Positions 51,247-62,951 are shown, counted from the stretch's first letter. The stretch: 64,000 nucleotides of DNA from an uncultured delta proteobacterium (GCA_963808625.1 CAWEHK010000037.1:1-64000), one strand, 5' to 3'. Translations and numbers: made by a program. Notes: generated by a model from the letters alone, not told the origin.

Positions 51247-54200
51247 ATGAAGTCACTCCGGCTCTTTACGGGTAACAGACTGGATCTGCTGGCGACAGGC
51301 GTTGGCCAAAGTCCTGGAAACTCCGCTGGCTTCGCCCTTCGAGCAGGAAATCATCGTCGTCCAGAGCAAGGGCATGGAGCGGTGGATTTCCATGCAATTG
51401 GCGTCGCATTTCGGGGTGTGGGCGAATGGGCGCTTTCCCTTTCCCAATGCTTTTGTCTACGAGATTTTTCAACGGGTCCTCCCTGATCTTCCGGATTGCT
51501 CGGTTTTTGATCCGAAATTTTCCACGTGGAAAATCATGGGACTCCTTCCGAGTCACCTTGACGAACCCGGTTTCGAGGGCCTGAAGCATTATCTCGATGG
51601 CCCCCGTTGGAGTCTCAAGCAACTGCAGCTTTCCCGGCGCATCGCCGAAACCTTTGACCAGTACCTCCTCTATCGACCCGAGATGATCGCCGGGTGGGAA
51701 GCGGGTGAAGAGGATCACTGGCAGGCTGTCGTCTGGCGGGACCTGGCCCGGGGATGCGAGCAGCAACACCGGGCAGCCCTGGGGAAAATCCTGCTTGAAA
51801 AGATGCGAAAAGCTGCTCCGGGCGCTTTTCGCCTGCCGCAGAGGGTATCCATTTTTGGCATTTCCTACCTTCCCCCCTTTCACATGCAGATCTTTGAAGG
51901 ATTGTCGCGGCTGACTGAAGTCAATCTGTTTCTCCTGAATCCATGCCGGGAATACTGGGGTGACATTGCTTCGGAGCGGGACATCAGGAGGGTCACTTCC
52001 GGCCACAAGACCCCAGAACTTTCGCCGCAGGAGCTCTTCATCGAGCAAGGGAACCCCCTTCTCGCCTCGATGGGCACACTGGGGAAGGATTTCTTCGAAT
52101 TGATCACCGGCTTCGATTACGAGGAAGCCACGTTCTTTCGCGATCCGGGGGACGGCCACTTACTCGCCGGCATTCAATCCGATATTTTGAACCTGAGAGA
52201 TCGCGCGGAGCACGCCACTCAGCAGGCAATTGTCTCGGAGCAGGACCGCTCGATTCAGATTCATTCATGCCACAGCCCCATGAGGGAAGTGGAAGTCCTG
52301 TACGATCACCTCCTCGAGATGTTCGAACGTGATCCCGGTTTGCTCCCCAAGGACATCCTGGTGATGACTCCCGAAATTGAAATTTATGCGCCCTTTATTC
52401 AGGCCGTCTTTGACGCCCCCGAGGATGAGCGCAGGAGGATCCCTTACCGCATTGCCGACCGCAGCATGAGGAAGGAAAGCCAGGTCGTGGACGCCTTTCT
52501 TGCCATGCTGGAGCTTTGGGGTGAGCGGCTTACGGCGCCCCAGGTCCTGGGCATCCTGGAAGCGCCTGCGGTCCAGGCCAGATTCGGGTTAACGGATGCC
52601 GATCTGGACCTCATCGGGCACTGGGTGAGAGAGGTGCGGATCAGGTGGGGAGTCGATGAGGAGGACCGGCGTCAGTGGTCGTCCAACGCCTTCCGGGAAA
52701 ACACCTGGCGAGCGGGCCTCGAGCGGCTGCTCCTGGGCTATGCCATGCCGGGGAACGGCGAGAACCTCTTCGCCGGCATCCTCCCGTACGACCATATCGA
52801 AGGCAGCGAAGCCGCGGTGCTGGGAAGTTTCATCGAGTTTGTCGAAGAGCTTTTCCCGTTTGTTGCCTCCCTGAGCAGGCCCAGGACGCTCAACCAATGG
52901 TCTGAAGACCTGTTGAACGTGCTGACAACGTTTTTCCTGCCTGCTGAGGACGCCAGGCGAGAACTTCGCGAGGTGCGGCAGGTCATCGCTGATCTGGGGA
53001 ACATCCAGGAGGTTTCGGGTTTCCGTGAAGCGGTGGATATAAAGACCATCAAGTGGTATCTGGAAAAGTATCTCGAGCGCGAAGGCTTCGGCCTCGGGTT
53101 CATGACCGGTGGGGTTACCTTCTGCTCCATGCTGCCCATGCGGAGCATTCCCTTCAAGGTGATCTGCCTCATCGGCATGGATGGAAATTCATATCCCAGG
53201 CAAGTGAAGGCGCCGGATTTCGATCTCATTGCCAAACATCCCAGGCCGGGCGACCGCTCCGCGCGAAATGACGACCGCTATTTGTTTCTCGAAGCCATCA
53301 TCTCGGCGCGGGAAAAACTCTACATCAGCTATACCGGACAAAGCTGCCAGGATAACAGCACGATGCCGCCGTCGGTCCTGGTGAGCGAGCTCATGGATTA
53401 TATCAACCGCGCTTTTACGTTTCCCCAGAGTGAGGGACCTGATTCGTTGGTGATCAAACATCGGCTCCAGCCCTTCAGTCCGGCGTACTTCAAGGGGGAT
53501 CGAACGCTCTTCAGCTATGCCGACGGCCGGCTGCAAGAGGCCCGAGGCGTCCTCAAAGAGAAAACCGCCCCTCCCCTTCTCATTTCCGGAGCGCTATCTC
53601 CCCCCGAAGAGGAGTTGCGAAGCATCAACCTAACGCAATTGTGCCGGTTCTTTGGCAATCCGGCCAGGTTCTTCCTGGATAAGCGTTTGGGGATCTATTT
53701 CGAGGAGAAGAGCTCGCTTCTCGAGGAAACGGAACCTTTCGAGCTCGCCGGCCTGGAGAAATATTCCTGGAGCAGGAGCCTGCTGGAATCCAGAATGGCC
53801 GGGCGCGAATTGACCGGTCTTTTTCCTTCCCTCAAGGCCTCCGGAAAGCTTCCGCACGGAGTTCCCGGAGAATGTGTTTTTGGCGCGGCGAGCCGGAAAG
53901 TAGAAACCTTTGCCCGGGAGATGGCGCCCTACCTGCTCCCCAGGGCACTGGAACCATTGGACCTGGAGCTCCGGATAGCGGACTTTACCATCACCGGAAG
54001 GGTTTCCTCGATCTTCCAGGAGAGAATGGTGCGCTATCGTTATGCCACGATCAAGGCGAAGGACCATCTGAGCCTCTGGGTGCAGCACTTGGTCCTGAAC
54101 GCTCTCCAGCAGCCCGGCTATCCCAGGAAGAGCATGATTGCGGGTTTGAATTCGGGGAAATGGTATGCCATCGAGTATGCGCCGGTCGAAAACAGCCGGA

Positions 54201-54501
54201 GGTCCTTGAGCACCTGCTGCAAGAGTACTGGAACGGACTCGTGAAGCCGCTCCATTTCTTTCCTGAAACCTCGTTCCTGTATGCTCAGTTGGTGCTCCAG
54301 AAGGACAAGTCCCCGGAAGAAGCGCTCCGCAGAGCGGAGTCCACCTGGTCGGGAAGCGATTTCAACCGCGGCGAGGGCGAGGACCCTCACTTTCAGCTTT
54401 GCTTCAAGTCCTGTAACCCGCTCAATGCTGAGTTTCAGCGGCTCGCTATAACGGTCTTTCAACCGCTCCTGGCCAGCCAAAAAGAGGTATCTTCTCAATG
54501 A
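51247..54501 (+). CDS. recC: Exodeoxyribonuclease V gamma subunit (frameshifts near 51300 and 54200)
   Basis: EIIVVQSKGMERW, FDQYL.YRP, NPCREYWGD, CHSPMREVEVL, PMRSIPF, DDRYLFLE, HRLQPF. Confidence 0.95.
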
Positions 54502-54672
54502 GTATGGGCCAAGCCGTCACCCCACATGCACCAAGCCAAGGTTGATGGTCCCGTAGTTAAAGTCGTTATGCCAGAATCGGACCTAGTAATTTCCATGTGT
54601 TACGATGGCTTAAGGTGCCATTTTTCGAGCTTTTTACGAATTCATCGAGGTTAACCCGGGATTAGTTATGCC

Positions 54673-54791
54673 TGGCGACTGGTTGCCTGTCGGCTGATGA
54701 GCGCCATGAAAGGGCTTCCGGGTTGTGGTCACCTGAAATTTTACCTTGGCGACTGGTTGCCTGTCGGCTGATGAACGCCCTGAAAGGGCTT
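54673..54791 (+). repeat. 45-bp direct repeat
   Basis: 54673-54717 and 54747-54791, tggcgactggttgcctgtcggctgatga(g/a)cgcc(a/c)tgaaagggctt. Confidence 0.85.
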
Positions 54792-55076
54792 TATAAAATA
54801 GCCCAGGGTCAGCCACAGCGCCACCCTGGGATGGGAAGCCCGAGATCCTTTTCCTTTACCCTGAAAGGTCAGTAAATCCGACACATTTCGGGAGGGGATA
54901 AACCCCTCCCCTACAGTCCGAACTCAAACATGTGCAGCTTCCGGATGAACACTAGCTAAATCGTTGTGTCGAGATGATTTATGTAACCCCTTCAGGGTAG
55001 ATATTCGCGTTGTGCTTGGCTCCCCAGGGTGGCGCTATCGCTGACCCTGGGCTAATTTATGGAGCCCCTTCAGGGC
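54777..55076. repeat. ~300-bp composite palindrome (REPIN/MITE-like) with a nested REP hairpin
   Basis: Arm 54777-54868 (gccctgaaagggct..agcccagggtcagc..gcgccaccctggg..taccctgaaagg) is inverted at ~54987-55076. Inner gggagggg-ataaa-cccctcccctac at 54890-54914. Confidence 0.8.
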
Positions 55077-55105
55077 AGAAATATTACAGAAAGAGACCAC
55101 CAACA

Positions 55106-58100
55106 ATGAATAATATTCGCGACTTCGATCTTTTGAAAAGCCCGCTTGCCGGAACGAACCTGATTGAAGCCAGCGCCGGAACGGGAAAGACCTACGCGAT
55201 TACGGGGCTGGTCTTGAGGTTGATCCTCGAGCGGGATATTCCCATCAACGAGATCCTGGTCGTAACCTTTACCGAAGCCGCGACGAGCGAACTGAAGGAT
55301 CGAATCAGAAAGCGGTTGCGCGAGGCCATCGAGAAATTTTCGGGGGGCGGCGCCAAAGATGAGCTGCTCGAAGAACTGGTGAAAAGCCACCCGGATTCGG
55401 CGGCCGCAGTGAGACGCCTGACCTGTGCGATCAATGACTTTGACCAGGCGTCCATCTTCACCATCCATGGCTTCTGCATGCGCGTCCTGCACGATCACGC
55501 CTTCGAGAGCGGGATGTTGTTCGATACGGAACTGGTGACGGACCAGGAGCTTTTGGTTAGAGAAATTGTTCATGATTTCTGGCGCAAACATTTCTACCGT
55601 GCGTCTCCCCTTTTCTTCAATTATGCGGTCGCCCGCAACTTCAATCCTGACAGCTCTTCGCGCCATGGTGGGCAGGAACATCGCGAATCCGTATCTCAAA
55701 ATTATTCCCCAGAGCGAAGTTCCCGACTGCTCCGGCTTCGAGACGGAATTCCGGCTTCATTTCGAAAAGGTTCGCGACGCCTGGTCGTCCGCAAAGCATG
55801 AAGTGGAGGGCATCCTCACAACCGCCGACGCCCTGAGCAGAACAAAATACAGAAAAGAGAGCATTCCCGGTTGGATTCAGGCCATGGATGCTCTTCTCGC
55901 CGGTGAAGGTCGTGACTGTGCCCTATTTGATAAGTTCGAGAAATTCACGGCAAGTCACATCCTGTCGGCGCTGAAGAAAGGGGGCAAGGCTCCCGCCCAC
56001 CCATTTTTCCAGCTCTGCGACAACTTGAGTATGGCGCAACAGCAGCTTGTCGACGGTTTCGAGCAATGCCTTCTCGGACTGAAGGTTGCATTCATCGACA
56101 CCATCCGCCATGAGCTTGCGAAAAGAAAGCTGGATAAGAACATCATCTACTACGATGATCTCCTGCTCCTGCTGGATCGTGCCCTGTGCGGGCCGGGTGC
56201 GGAGAACCTGGCGGCAATCGTGAGGAACAAATTCAAAGCCGCCCTCATCGATGAATTCCAGGATACGGATGCGATTCAGTATGCCATTTTTGAGAAGATC
56301 TTTGGCCGGGGACAGAGCACCCTCTTTCTCATTGGCGACCCCAAACAGGCCATCTACGGGTTTCGGGGCGCCGACATCTTCACCTACATGGAGGCGGCAA
56401 GGCGCGCCTCCACACGCTTCACGCTCGGCGAGAATTGGCGTTCCGAACCCGCCTTGATTGCCGCGGTCAATGCCGTCTTTGCCAATGCCGGCCTTCCCTT
56501 TGTTTACGAGGATATCGCCTTCAAACCGGTCCAGCCGGCGAAAAAGAAGGAACATGAACTGCTCGTGGTTGATGGAGAGAGGTTGCCCCCCTTACAGATC
56601 TGGTTTCTAAATGCCGACAGGATCGCTGAGGGCAAACCCATCACCAGAACGAGCGCTCAAGAGGTGATCCCCGATGCCGTGGCGGGAGAGATTTCGAGGC
56701 TGCTGACGCTGGCTCGGGAAGGCAAGGCTGAGTTGGGAAAGCGGCGCCTCGAGCAGGGGGACATCGCCGTTCTGGTAAGGCGCAATGCCGAAGCCCGCCT
56801 GCTCCAGGAAGCCCTGTCAGACCTCGGGATCCATTCTGTCCTCTATAACATCGGGAACCTTTTTGAGACGCCTGAGGCGCTGGAGGTCGAGCGTCTCCTG
56901 GCAGCGGTTGCCGACCCGTCGGACGAGAGGCTCCTCAAGATAGCCCTGGTCACCGAGATGCTGGGGATAAGCGGCGAAGAGCTGGATCAAATGATCAGAG
57001 ACGAGGCCCGATGGGAGGCATGGCTGATCAAGTTTGGGGAATACCATGAGATGTGGAACAGGCATGGCTTCTTCCGCATGTTCCGGCATCTTCTCGCGCG
57101 CGAGACGGTCCTGCCCCGCCTGATGTCTCTGGTCGATGGGGAAAGGCGCTGCACCAATATCCTCCACCTTTCAGAGGTCCTTCACCAGGCGACCATTGAA
57201 AGCAATCTCAATATGCTGGGATTGGTCAAATGGCTTTCCATCCAAAGAGACCCGGATACACCAAAGCTCGAAGAACATCAGCTCCGCCTGGAAAGCGACG
57301 AAAACGCGGTCAAGCTCGTTACCATCCACAAGAGCAAAGGACTGGAATACCCCATAGTGTTCTGTCCTTTCATCGGAGATGCATCGAAGCTGAGGTCGAA
57401 TGAGGCCCCTTTCACCTTTCACGATGAAGCCGATGGGATGAGGCTGACGCTCGACCTGGGTTCACCCGACCGCGGTGAGAACGTGAAGCTGGCGGAAAAG
57501 GAGCAACTGGCCGAGAATCTTAGACTGCTCTACGTCGCCATAACCCGCGCCAAGCACCGCTGCTACCTGGTCTGGGGGCGTTTTAAGGACGCGGCGAGTT
57601 CGGCTCCCGCCTACCTCTTCCACCAGCCCCTCGCCGAAGGAGCAGACAGCCTGCCGGATGCTGTTTCCGGACGCTTCCCGACGCTGGATGATAGGGCCTT
57701 GTGGAGCGATCTGGAAGGGCTTCAAAGGAAAGCGGGCAGAGCGATCGAACTCCTGGAGATGCCACTTGAAAGAGGAAAAATTCAGCCGGCATTTGAAGAG
57801 GAAACGGTTGCACTCACGTGCCGCAGGTTTGCGGGCGGCATCAATCGCGACTGGGGAATTGCAAGTTTTTCATCGTTGGTCGGCAACCAACCGCACAAGG
57901 CGGAATGGGCCGACCGCGATGAGCCGATCACAACGGAGGCTGCCATCGAGGAGACCATCGAAGAGGACCTTGGCGAGCCCGGTCCTCCATCACCAGGACC
58001 CCTCGATATGTTTTCCTTCCCGGGCGGGACCGCTGCCGGAATTTTCCTGCACGAGGTCTTCGAAGAGCTGGATTTTAGCGGGCAGGATAAAACCGTCAGG

Positions 58101-58847
58101 CAGGAACTCATCGCAGGCAAATTGCGAACTCACGGCTTTGAAAGCTTCTGGGTGGGTCCCGTTTGCGATCTGGTCGCGAAGGTCCTGCATGTTCCCCTGG
58201 ATGCGGGTGATGGCAGTTTTACGCTCGCCCAGATTCAAGGCGACGATCGACTGAACGAGATGGAATTTTACTTCCCTCTGCAGCGCATGAGCGAGAGCAG
58301 ACTCAAAGACCTTTTCAGCCGCACTATTCGGACTGCCAAAGAGGAACTGCTGGACCGGAACACTGGCAGTGTGAATGCGCCCGAATTGATCGCGAGGCCA
58401 ATCCCCCCCTTTCCTAAAGGGGGGCAGGGGGGATTTCCTGGCCCGTCCTCCCCCTTGGAACGCCTTAAATTCAAGCCCCTGGAGGGCTTTATGAAGGGCT
58501 TTATCGACCTGGTCTTCCGGTTCCGGGAGCGCTTTTACATTGTCGATTGGAAATCGAATTTCCTCGGCGGGCGGATCGAGGACTACGGTCCGGCAGCTCT
58601 AAACAAGGCTATGGAGGAGAGTTTCTACCACCTCCAGTACCATCTCTACACCATTGCAGTCCACAAATACCTCCAGACGCGAATCCCCGGATACCGCTAT
58701 GATTCCCATTTCGGTGGGGTCTACTACATCTTTCTGCGCGGGGTTGACCCGGCGAAGGGAACGGATTACGGCGTTTACCGGCACCGGCCGCCTGTAGCTG
58801 CTATCGAGGCGCTGTGTGCAAGTCTGATCGGGAAGGTTGCATTATGA
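55106..58847 (+). CDS. recB: Exodeoxyribonuclease V beta subunit (frameshift near 55655)
   Basis: LIEASAGTGKT, TFTEAAT.EL, FTIHGFC, IDEFQDTD, GDPKQAIY.FRGAD, TIHKSKGLEY, RLLYVA.TRA, GFIDLVF, DWKSN.LG. Confidence 0.95.
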
Positions 58848-60736
58848 AGGATGAAGATCTCAACCGACTCGCTTCCACCGGGATATTTTCCTCTCTGGAC
58901 GTCCACTTTGCCAGGCTCATCACCCGTTTGAACCAGGGCTATGTTCCGGAACTGGCTCTTGCGGCCGCGCTGGTGAGCAGCTACACCCGGCAGGGCCACA
59001 TCTGCCTGGATCTGCGCGAACTGGGCGGGAAGCAATTGGTGAACGACCCCTCACCCGTGCTTTGCCCACAGGTTGCAGAATGGTGCAAAAAACTTCGCCA
59101 ATCCGATGTCGTCGGCCATCCTGGTGAATTAAAACCACTGGTCCTGGATCACGGGTCGAGGCTTTACCTCTATCGATACTGGCAATACCAGGAAGAACTT
59201 ACGGAATCCATCAAATCTCGCATTGCCGGCCCTCCGGCAGGGGTTGCAACCAACGCCCTGAAAGACCAGTTGGACCGGCTTTTTCCCTCCGATGGCAGAG
59301 GCGAGGTCAACTGGCAGAAGGTGGCGGGCTTCGCGGCGACCCGGCAAACCTTCTGCGTCATCTCGGGCGGGCCTGGGACCGGCAAAACCACAACCGTCGC
59401 CAAGATTTTGGCATTGCTTCTGGAGAAATCCTCTTCCGACACCCTTCGGATAGCCCTGACGGCGCCTACCGGAAAAGCCGCGGCAAGACTTCAGGAAGCC
59501 ATCAAGGGCGCAAGAGAAAAGTTGCAATGCCCGGAAGGGATCAGGCAGGCGATACCCGAAAACGCCTCGACGATTCATCGGTTGCTCGGGTCCATACGGG
59601 GTTCGCCCTATTTCAGGCATAACAAAGAGAATCCCCTTCCGGTTGACGTGGTAGTGGTGGATGAAGCCTCGATGGTGGACCTCGCGCTCATGTCCAAGCT
59701 GCTGCAGGCGCTTCCGCTGCAAGCTCGCGTAATTTTGCTCGGCGATAAAGATCAGCTCGCTTCCGTCGAGGCGGGCGCGGTGCTGGGAGATATCTGCGAG
59801 ACCGGTGAAAGGGCCTTCTTCTCGCAAGATTTTGCAGGGGAGCTCCAGGATGTGTGCGATTGCAGCCTCGACCCCGAGCTCCTCTCAAAAGACCTCACGA
59901 AAAAGCCCAAAGACTGCCTTATCCAGCTCCAGAGGAGTTACCGCTTTGCCGATGAAAGCGGTATTGGCCGGCTCAGCCAGGCGGTCAGGAATGGCGACGC
60001 TGAGCAGGCGATGGCTATCCTCAAGAGCGGGAAATTTCATGACCTGAGTTGGCATGCAAGGCACTCCGGAAGTTCCCCGGGCAAGGCCCTAAGAGATCAA
60101 ATCGCTGATGGGTTCAGAGGGTATTTCCAGGCTGTCGAAAAGATCAGGATTTACCGGAGCGGAGACCCTTACGCCATGATGGAGGAGATCTTTGCTCTCT
60201 TGGAGAATTTCAGAATCCTTTGCGCGGTAAGGGAGGGGTTCTCTGGAGTTGCGGCGTTGAACGCGCTGGTGGAGAATATCTTCGAGGAACAGCAGCTTCT
60301 GCAAAAAGACCGGAAATGGTATGTGGGAAGGCCCGTTCTCATAGGCCGCAATGACTATAACCTGCGTCTCTTCAACGGGGACGTGGGGATCTTTTTGCCG
60401 GACCTTTTCGCCGGGGCCGATGCCCGCGTCTTCTTCCCCGGCCAGGAAGGGAAATATCGGGCATTTCATCCTCTGAGGCTCCTCGAACATGAAACGGTCT
60501 ACGCCATGACGGTCCACAAGAGCCAGGGCTCAGAGTTCGACAAGGTAATGTTCCTTTTGCCCGACAGGGATTCCCCCGTGCTGACCCGTGAGCTCGTCTA
60601 TACGGCCATCACGCGGGCGAAACAAGCGGTATCCGTTTGGGGGTCTGAAAGCATATTCCAGAAGGCGGTTTCCCGATCCACCCGGCGGATGTCGGGATTG
60701 TCCGACGCCCTGTGGAGAAGCTCCGACCGGGAATGA
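58844..60736 (+). CDS. recD: Exodeoxyribonuclease V alpha subunit
   Basis: ISGGPGTGKT, APTGKAAARL, TIHRLLG, VDEASMVD, GDKDQLASVEAG, MTVHKSQGSEF, YTAITRA. ATGA overlap with recB. Confidence 0.95.
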   Translation: MKDEDLNRLASTGIFSSLDVHFARLITRLNQGYVPELALAAALVSSYTRQGHICLDLRELGGKQLVNDPSPVLCPQVAEWCKKLRQSDVVGHPGELKPLVLDHGSRLYLYRYWQYQEELTESIKSRIAGPPAGVATNALKDQLDRLFPSDGRGEVNWQKVAGFAATRQTFCVISGGPGTGKTTTVAKILALLLEKSSSDTLRIALTAPTGKAAARLQEAIKGAREKLQCPEGIRQAIPENASTIHRLLGSIRGSPYFRHNKENPLPVDVVVVDEASMVDLALMSKLLQALPLQARVILLGDKDQLASVEAGAVLGDICETGERAFFSQDFAGELQDVCDCSLDPELLSKDLTKKPKDCLIQLQRSYRFADESGIGRLSQAVRNGDAEQAMAILKSGKFHDLSWHARHSGSSPGKALRDQIADGFRGYFQAVEKIRIYRSGDPYAMMEEIFALLENFRILCAVREGFSGVAALNALVENIFEEQQLLQKDRKWYVGRPVLIGRNDYNLRLFNGDVGIFLPDLFAGADARVFFPGQEGKYRAFHPLRLLEHETVYAMTVHKSQGSEFDKVMFLLPDRDSPVLTRELVYTAITRAKQAVSVWGSESIFQKAVSRSTRRMSGLSDALWRSSDRE

Positions 60737-60835
60737 AAGCAGCGTTGCTCCGAAAATGGACTTCCCCTCTCCTTGTGAGCTCCCGGTCCGACTCGAAGCC
60801 CCATATATGCTTGTTAAGGTTGAAATGTCTCCTTT

Positions 60836-60923
60836 TTCACCGCAGAGAACGCAGAGGGCACAGAGAAATAATACCTTTAGAATTATTGGTTTTCTCTGCG
60901 ATCTCAGCATGCTCGGCGGTGAA
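60836..60923. repeat. 33-bp inverted repeats with 9-bp internal period around a 22-bp AT-rich spacer
   Basis: ttcaccgcagagaacgcagagggcacagagaaa against the reverse complement ttcaccgccgagcatgctgagatcgcagagaaa. Confidence 0.8.
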
Positions 60924-61102
60924 TTTCTGGGTTTGCTGGAATGAAAGATCTCACCCCAACAACTATAACTAGATGTATTTCCAAACAGATAGGGCTTATG
61001 GCCTTGTCCGCCCCAGGCTTCGGGGTTAACATCTCTGCCGCGCGGACCCAGGCCGACCACGCAACTGGCCAGGGTCGTTAAAGATTTACGAGGAGGTACA
61101 TT

Positions 61103-62186
61103 ATGAACGACAATGCAGAGGAAACCTTATCTGCGGAAGATTGTACGAGCAATATTTTTGAGCTCAGCGGGGTGAAGCTTGATCCCGACATTGCTTCGGA
61201 TATGTGGCCGAAGATACTCCAGCACAAATGGCTCTTGTCGGAGAAAGTCGGCAGGGATGTGGGGTTCCGGACGGCCTGCATCGACTTCCTGGAAAACATG
61301 GATCAGGCTGTTGATGAGTACATGAGTTACCGGCAGCGCAACATCCTCAACGAGATGGGGGCGCAAACCGTCGGCCGGGAAATATGGGATACCATCTCGG
61401 ATTCTCAACCTCCGAAACAGTTGGTCCAGCGCAGGGTCATCCTTCCGCTGACGGAGGCGGACCTTTCCCGGAAGCACGGTGTGGTCCCCCCGAAAACGAT
61501 TTTCTTTTTCGGGCCTCCCGGCACCGGTAAGACTCATTTTGCCAAAGCCATTGCCGGCATCCTCTCCTGGTGGTTCATTGAGATCGCCCCCAGCATGCTG
61601 ATGGAGGATGGCGTAGAAAAGGTCGGCGCGAATTTGCGCCGGCTGATGGAAAAGGCACGGAGTCTCGAACGAAGCGGTGCTTTTCATTGATGAGTTTGAA
61701 GAGATTGCGGCGAGTCGTGATCAGGCGGACCGGATCGACAAGTCCATTACCAATGAGTTTCTGAAACAGATTCCGTTGCTCAAAGATCAGGGAAACAGAA
61801 TACTCCTGGTATGCGCCACCAACTATATTCGACAACTGGATGCGGCCATGCTTCGCCCGGGAAGATTCGATTGCATTATCCCGGTTGGCGGGCTGGATAA
61901 CGAAGGAAGGACGACCATCTTCCAGTACTACCTGGCCAAGCTCAACACCGGGTTGATTGACCTGGATCAGGTTGTGGACATGACCTCCAAATTTACTCCC
62001 GCAGATATTGAATATTTGTTCCACCAGGTAGCCCAGTTCGCCTTCGAGCAAGAGCTCGCCACGAAAGAGGACTATCAGGTCACCACGGAGACATTCATGG
62101 AGATCATCCCGGGGGTTCGCCCATCCCTGACTGATGAAATCATTGAAGAGTTCGAAAAGGACAGTGTCACCTATTCCCGGGTCTGA
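61103..62186 (+). CDS. AAA+ ATPase (Cdc48/FtsH-like module) with an N-terminal DUF4032-like domain (frameshift near 61670)
   Basis: HKWLLSEKVGRDVG, GPPGTGKT, LFIDEFE, ATN....LD.A.LRPGRFD. AGGAGG RBS. Confidence 0.85.
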
Positions 62187-62344
62187 TGCTGAAAAGGTCA
62201 GTGAATTGCCATCAAGCGGAGAATCGAGAAAGTTCTATGGACGGTCTTTCACGGTCCCGAGAACTTTCTCGATTTGGTATGCGACCAAACTACGGTTTGA
62301 CGAAGATCATATGATCAATGATATGATCAAACACCCTGCGGCCT

Positions 62345-62497
62345 CTACGAATGGCAGCAGTCGTCGTAGTGGCCGCTCGTCAGAAGGATCTCGATATCGA
62401 TTGCATCAAGCTCTACGCGGCGCGTTTCATCTGCCACACCACCGGTCGCCTCAACACGCCTTCTCTCTTTGCCCACTTTCTTTTCTTTGACTTCCAT
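62345..62497 (-). CDS. Putative 50-aa small protein ending in HYDDCCHS
   Basis: GGAGG RBS 6 nt before ATG 62497. Reads MEVKEKKVGKERRRVEATGGVADETRRVELDAIDIEILLTSGHYDDCCHS*. Confidence 0.5.
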   Translation of the reverse strand: MEVKEKKVGKERRRVEATGGVADETRRVELDAIDIEILLTSGHYDDCCHS

Positions 62498-62951
62498 GAC
62501 ACCCTCCGTATATCCAAAGTCCGACCATTCGGAATTTTAATTTCGATTTCAAGGTCTTGTTGCCAACGCTTGAAATATAAGGCGCATGGTTATGATGTCA
62601 ACATAAGCATATTGCAACATCTCCTCAGTGACCGCTTTGCAGGTGCCTGAGATGCTTCTAACTTAGTGGCACAATTAACGGTACGTTGACTCGCTTTCAA
62701 CCGACATCTTTAGAGACGCTCCAAGTCGAAAATCTGAAGTTGAGCAACCTCACGGAAAATCAGATTGCGAAATAGCCCATCCTTCGTTTTGGTCCGGCTC
62801 GGGCAGGGATTTTCTGGATGAGTTTGAGGTCGTCCTCCAGGATGAACCGGCCTTTCACCCATCAGGACGCGAAGTACGTTTTGTGGTCTTGGCCGGCAAC
62901 CATGGCATCGCGAACCGCAGGCACTCTGTCAGGTCAGGAGGTATGTTCATG

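Noticed and set aside
62545..62570. TTGGCA motif as a sigma54 promoter for the 50-aa ORF
   Set aside because: There is no GC at the required -12 spacing.
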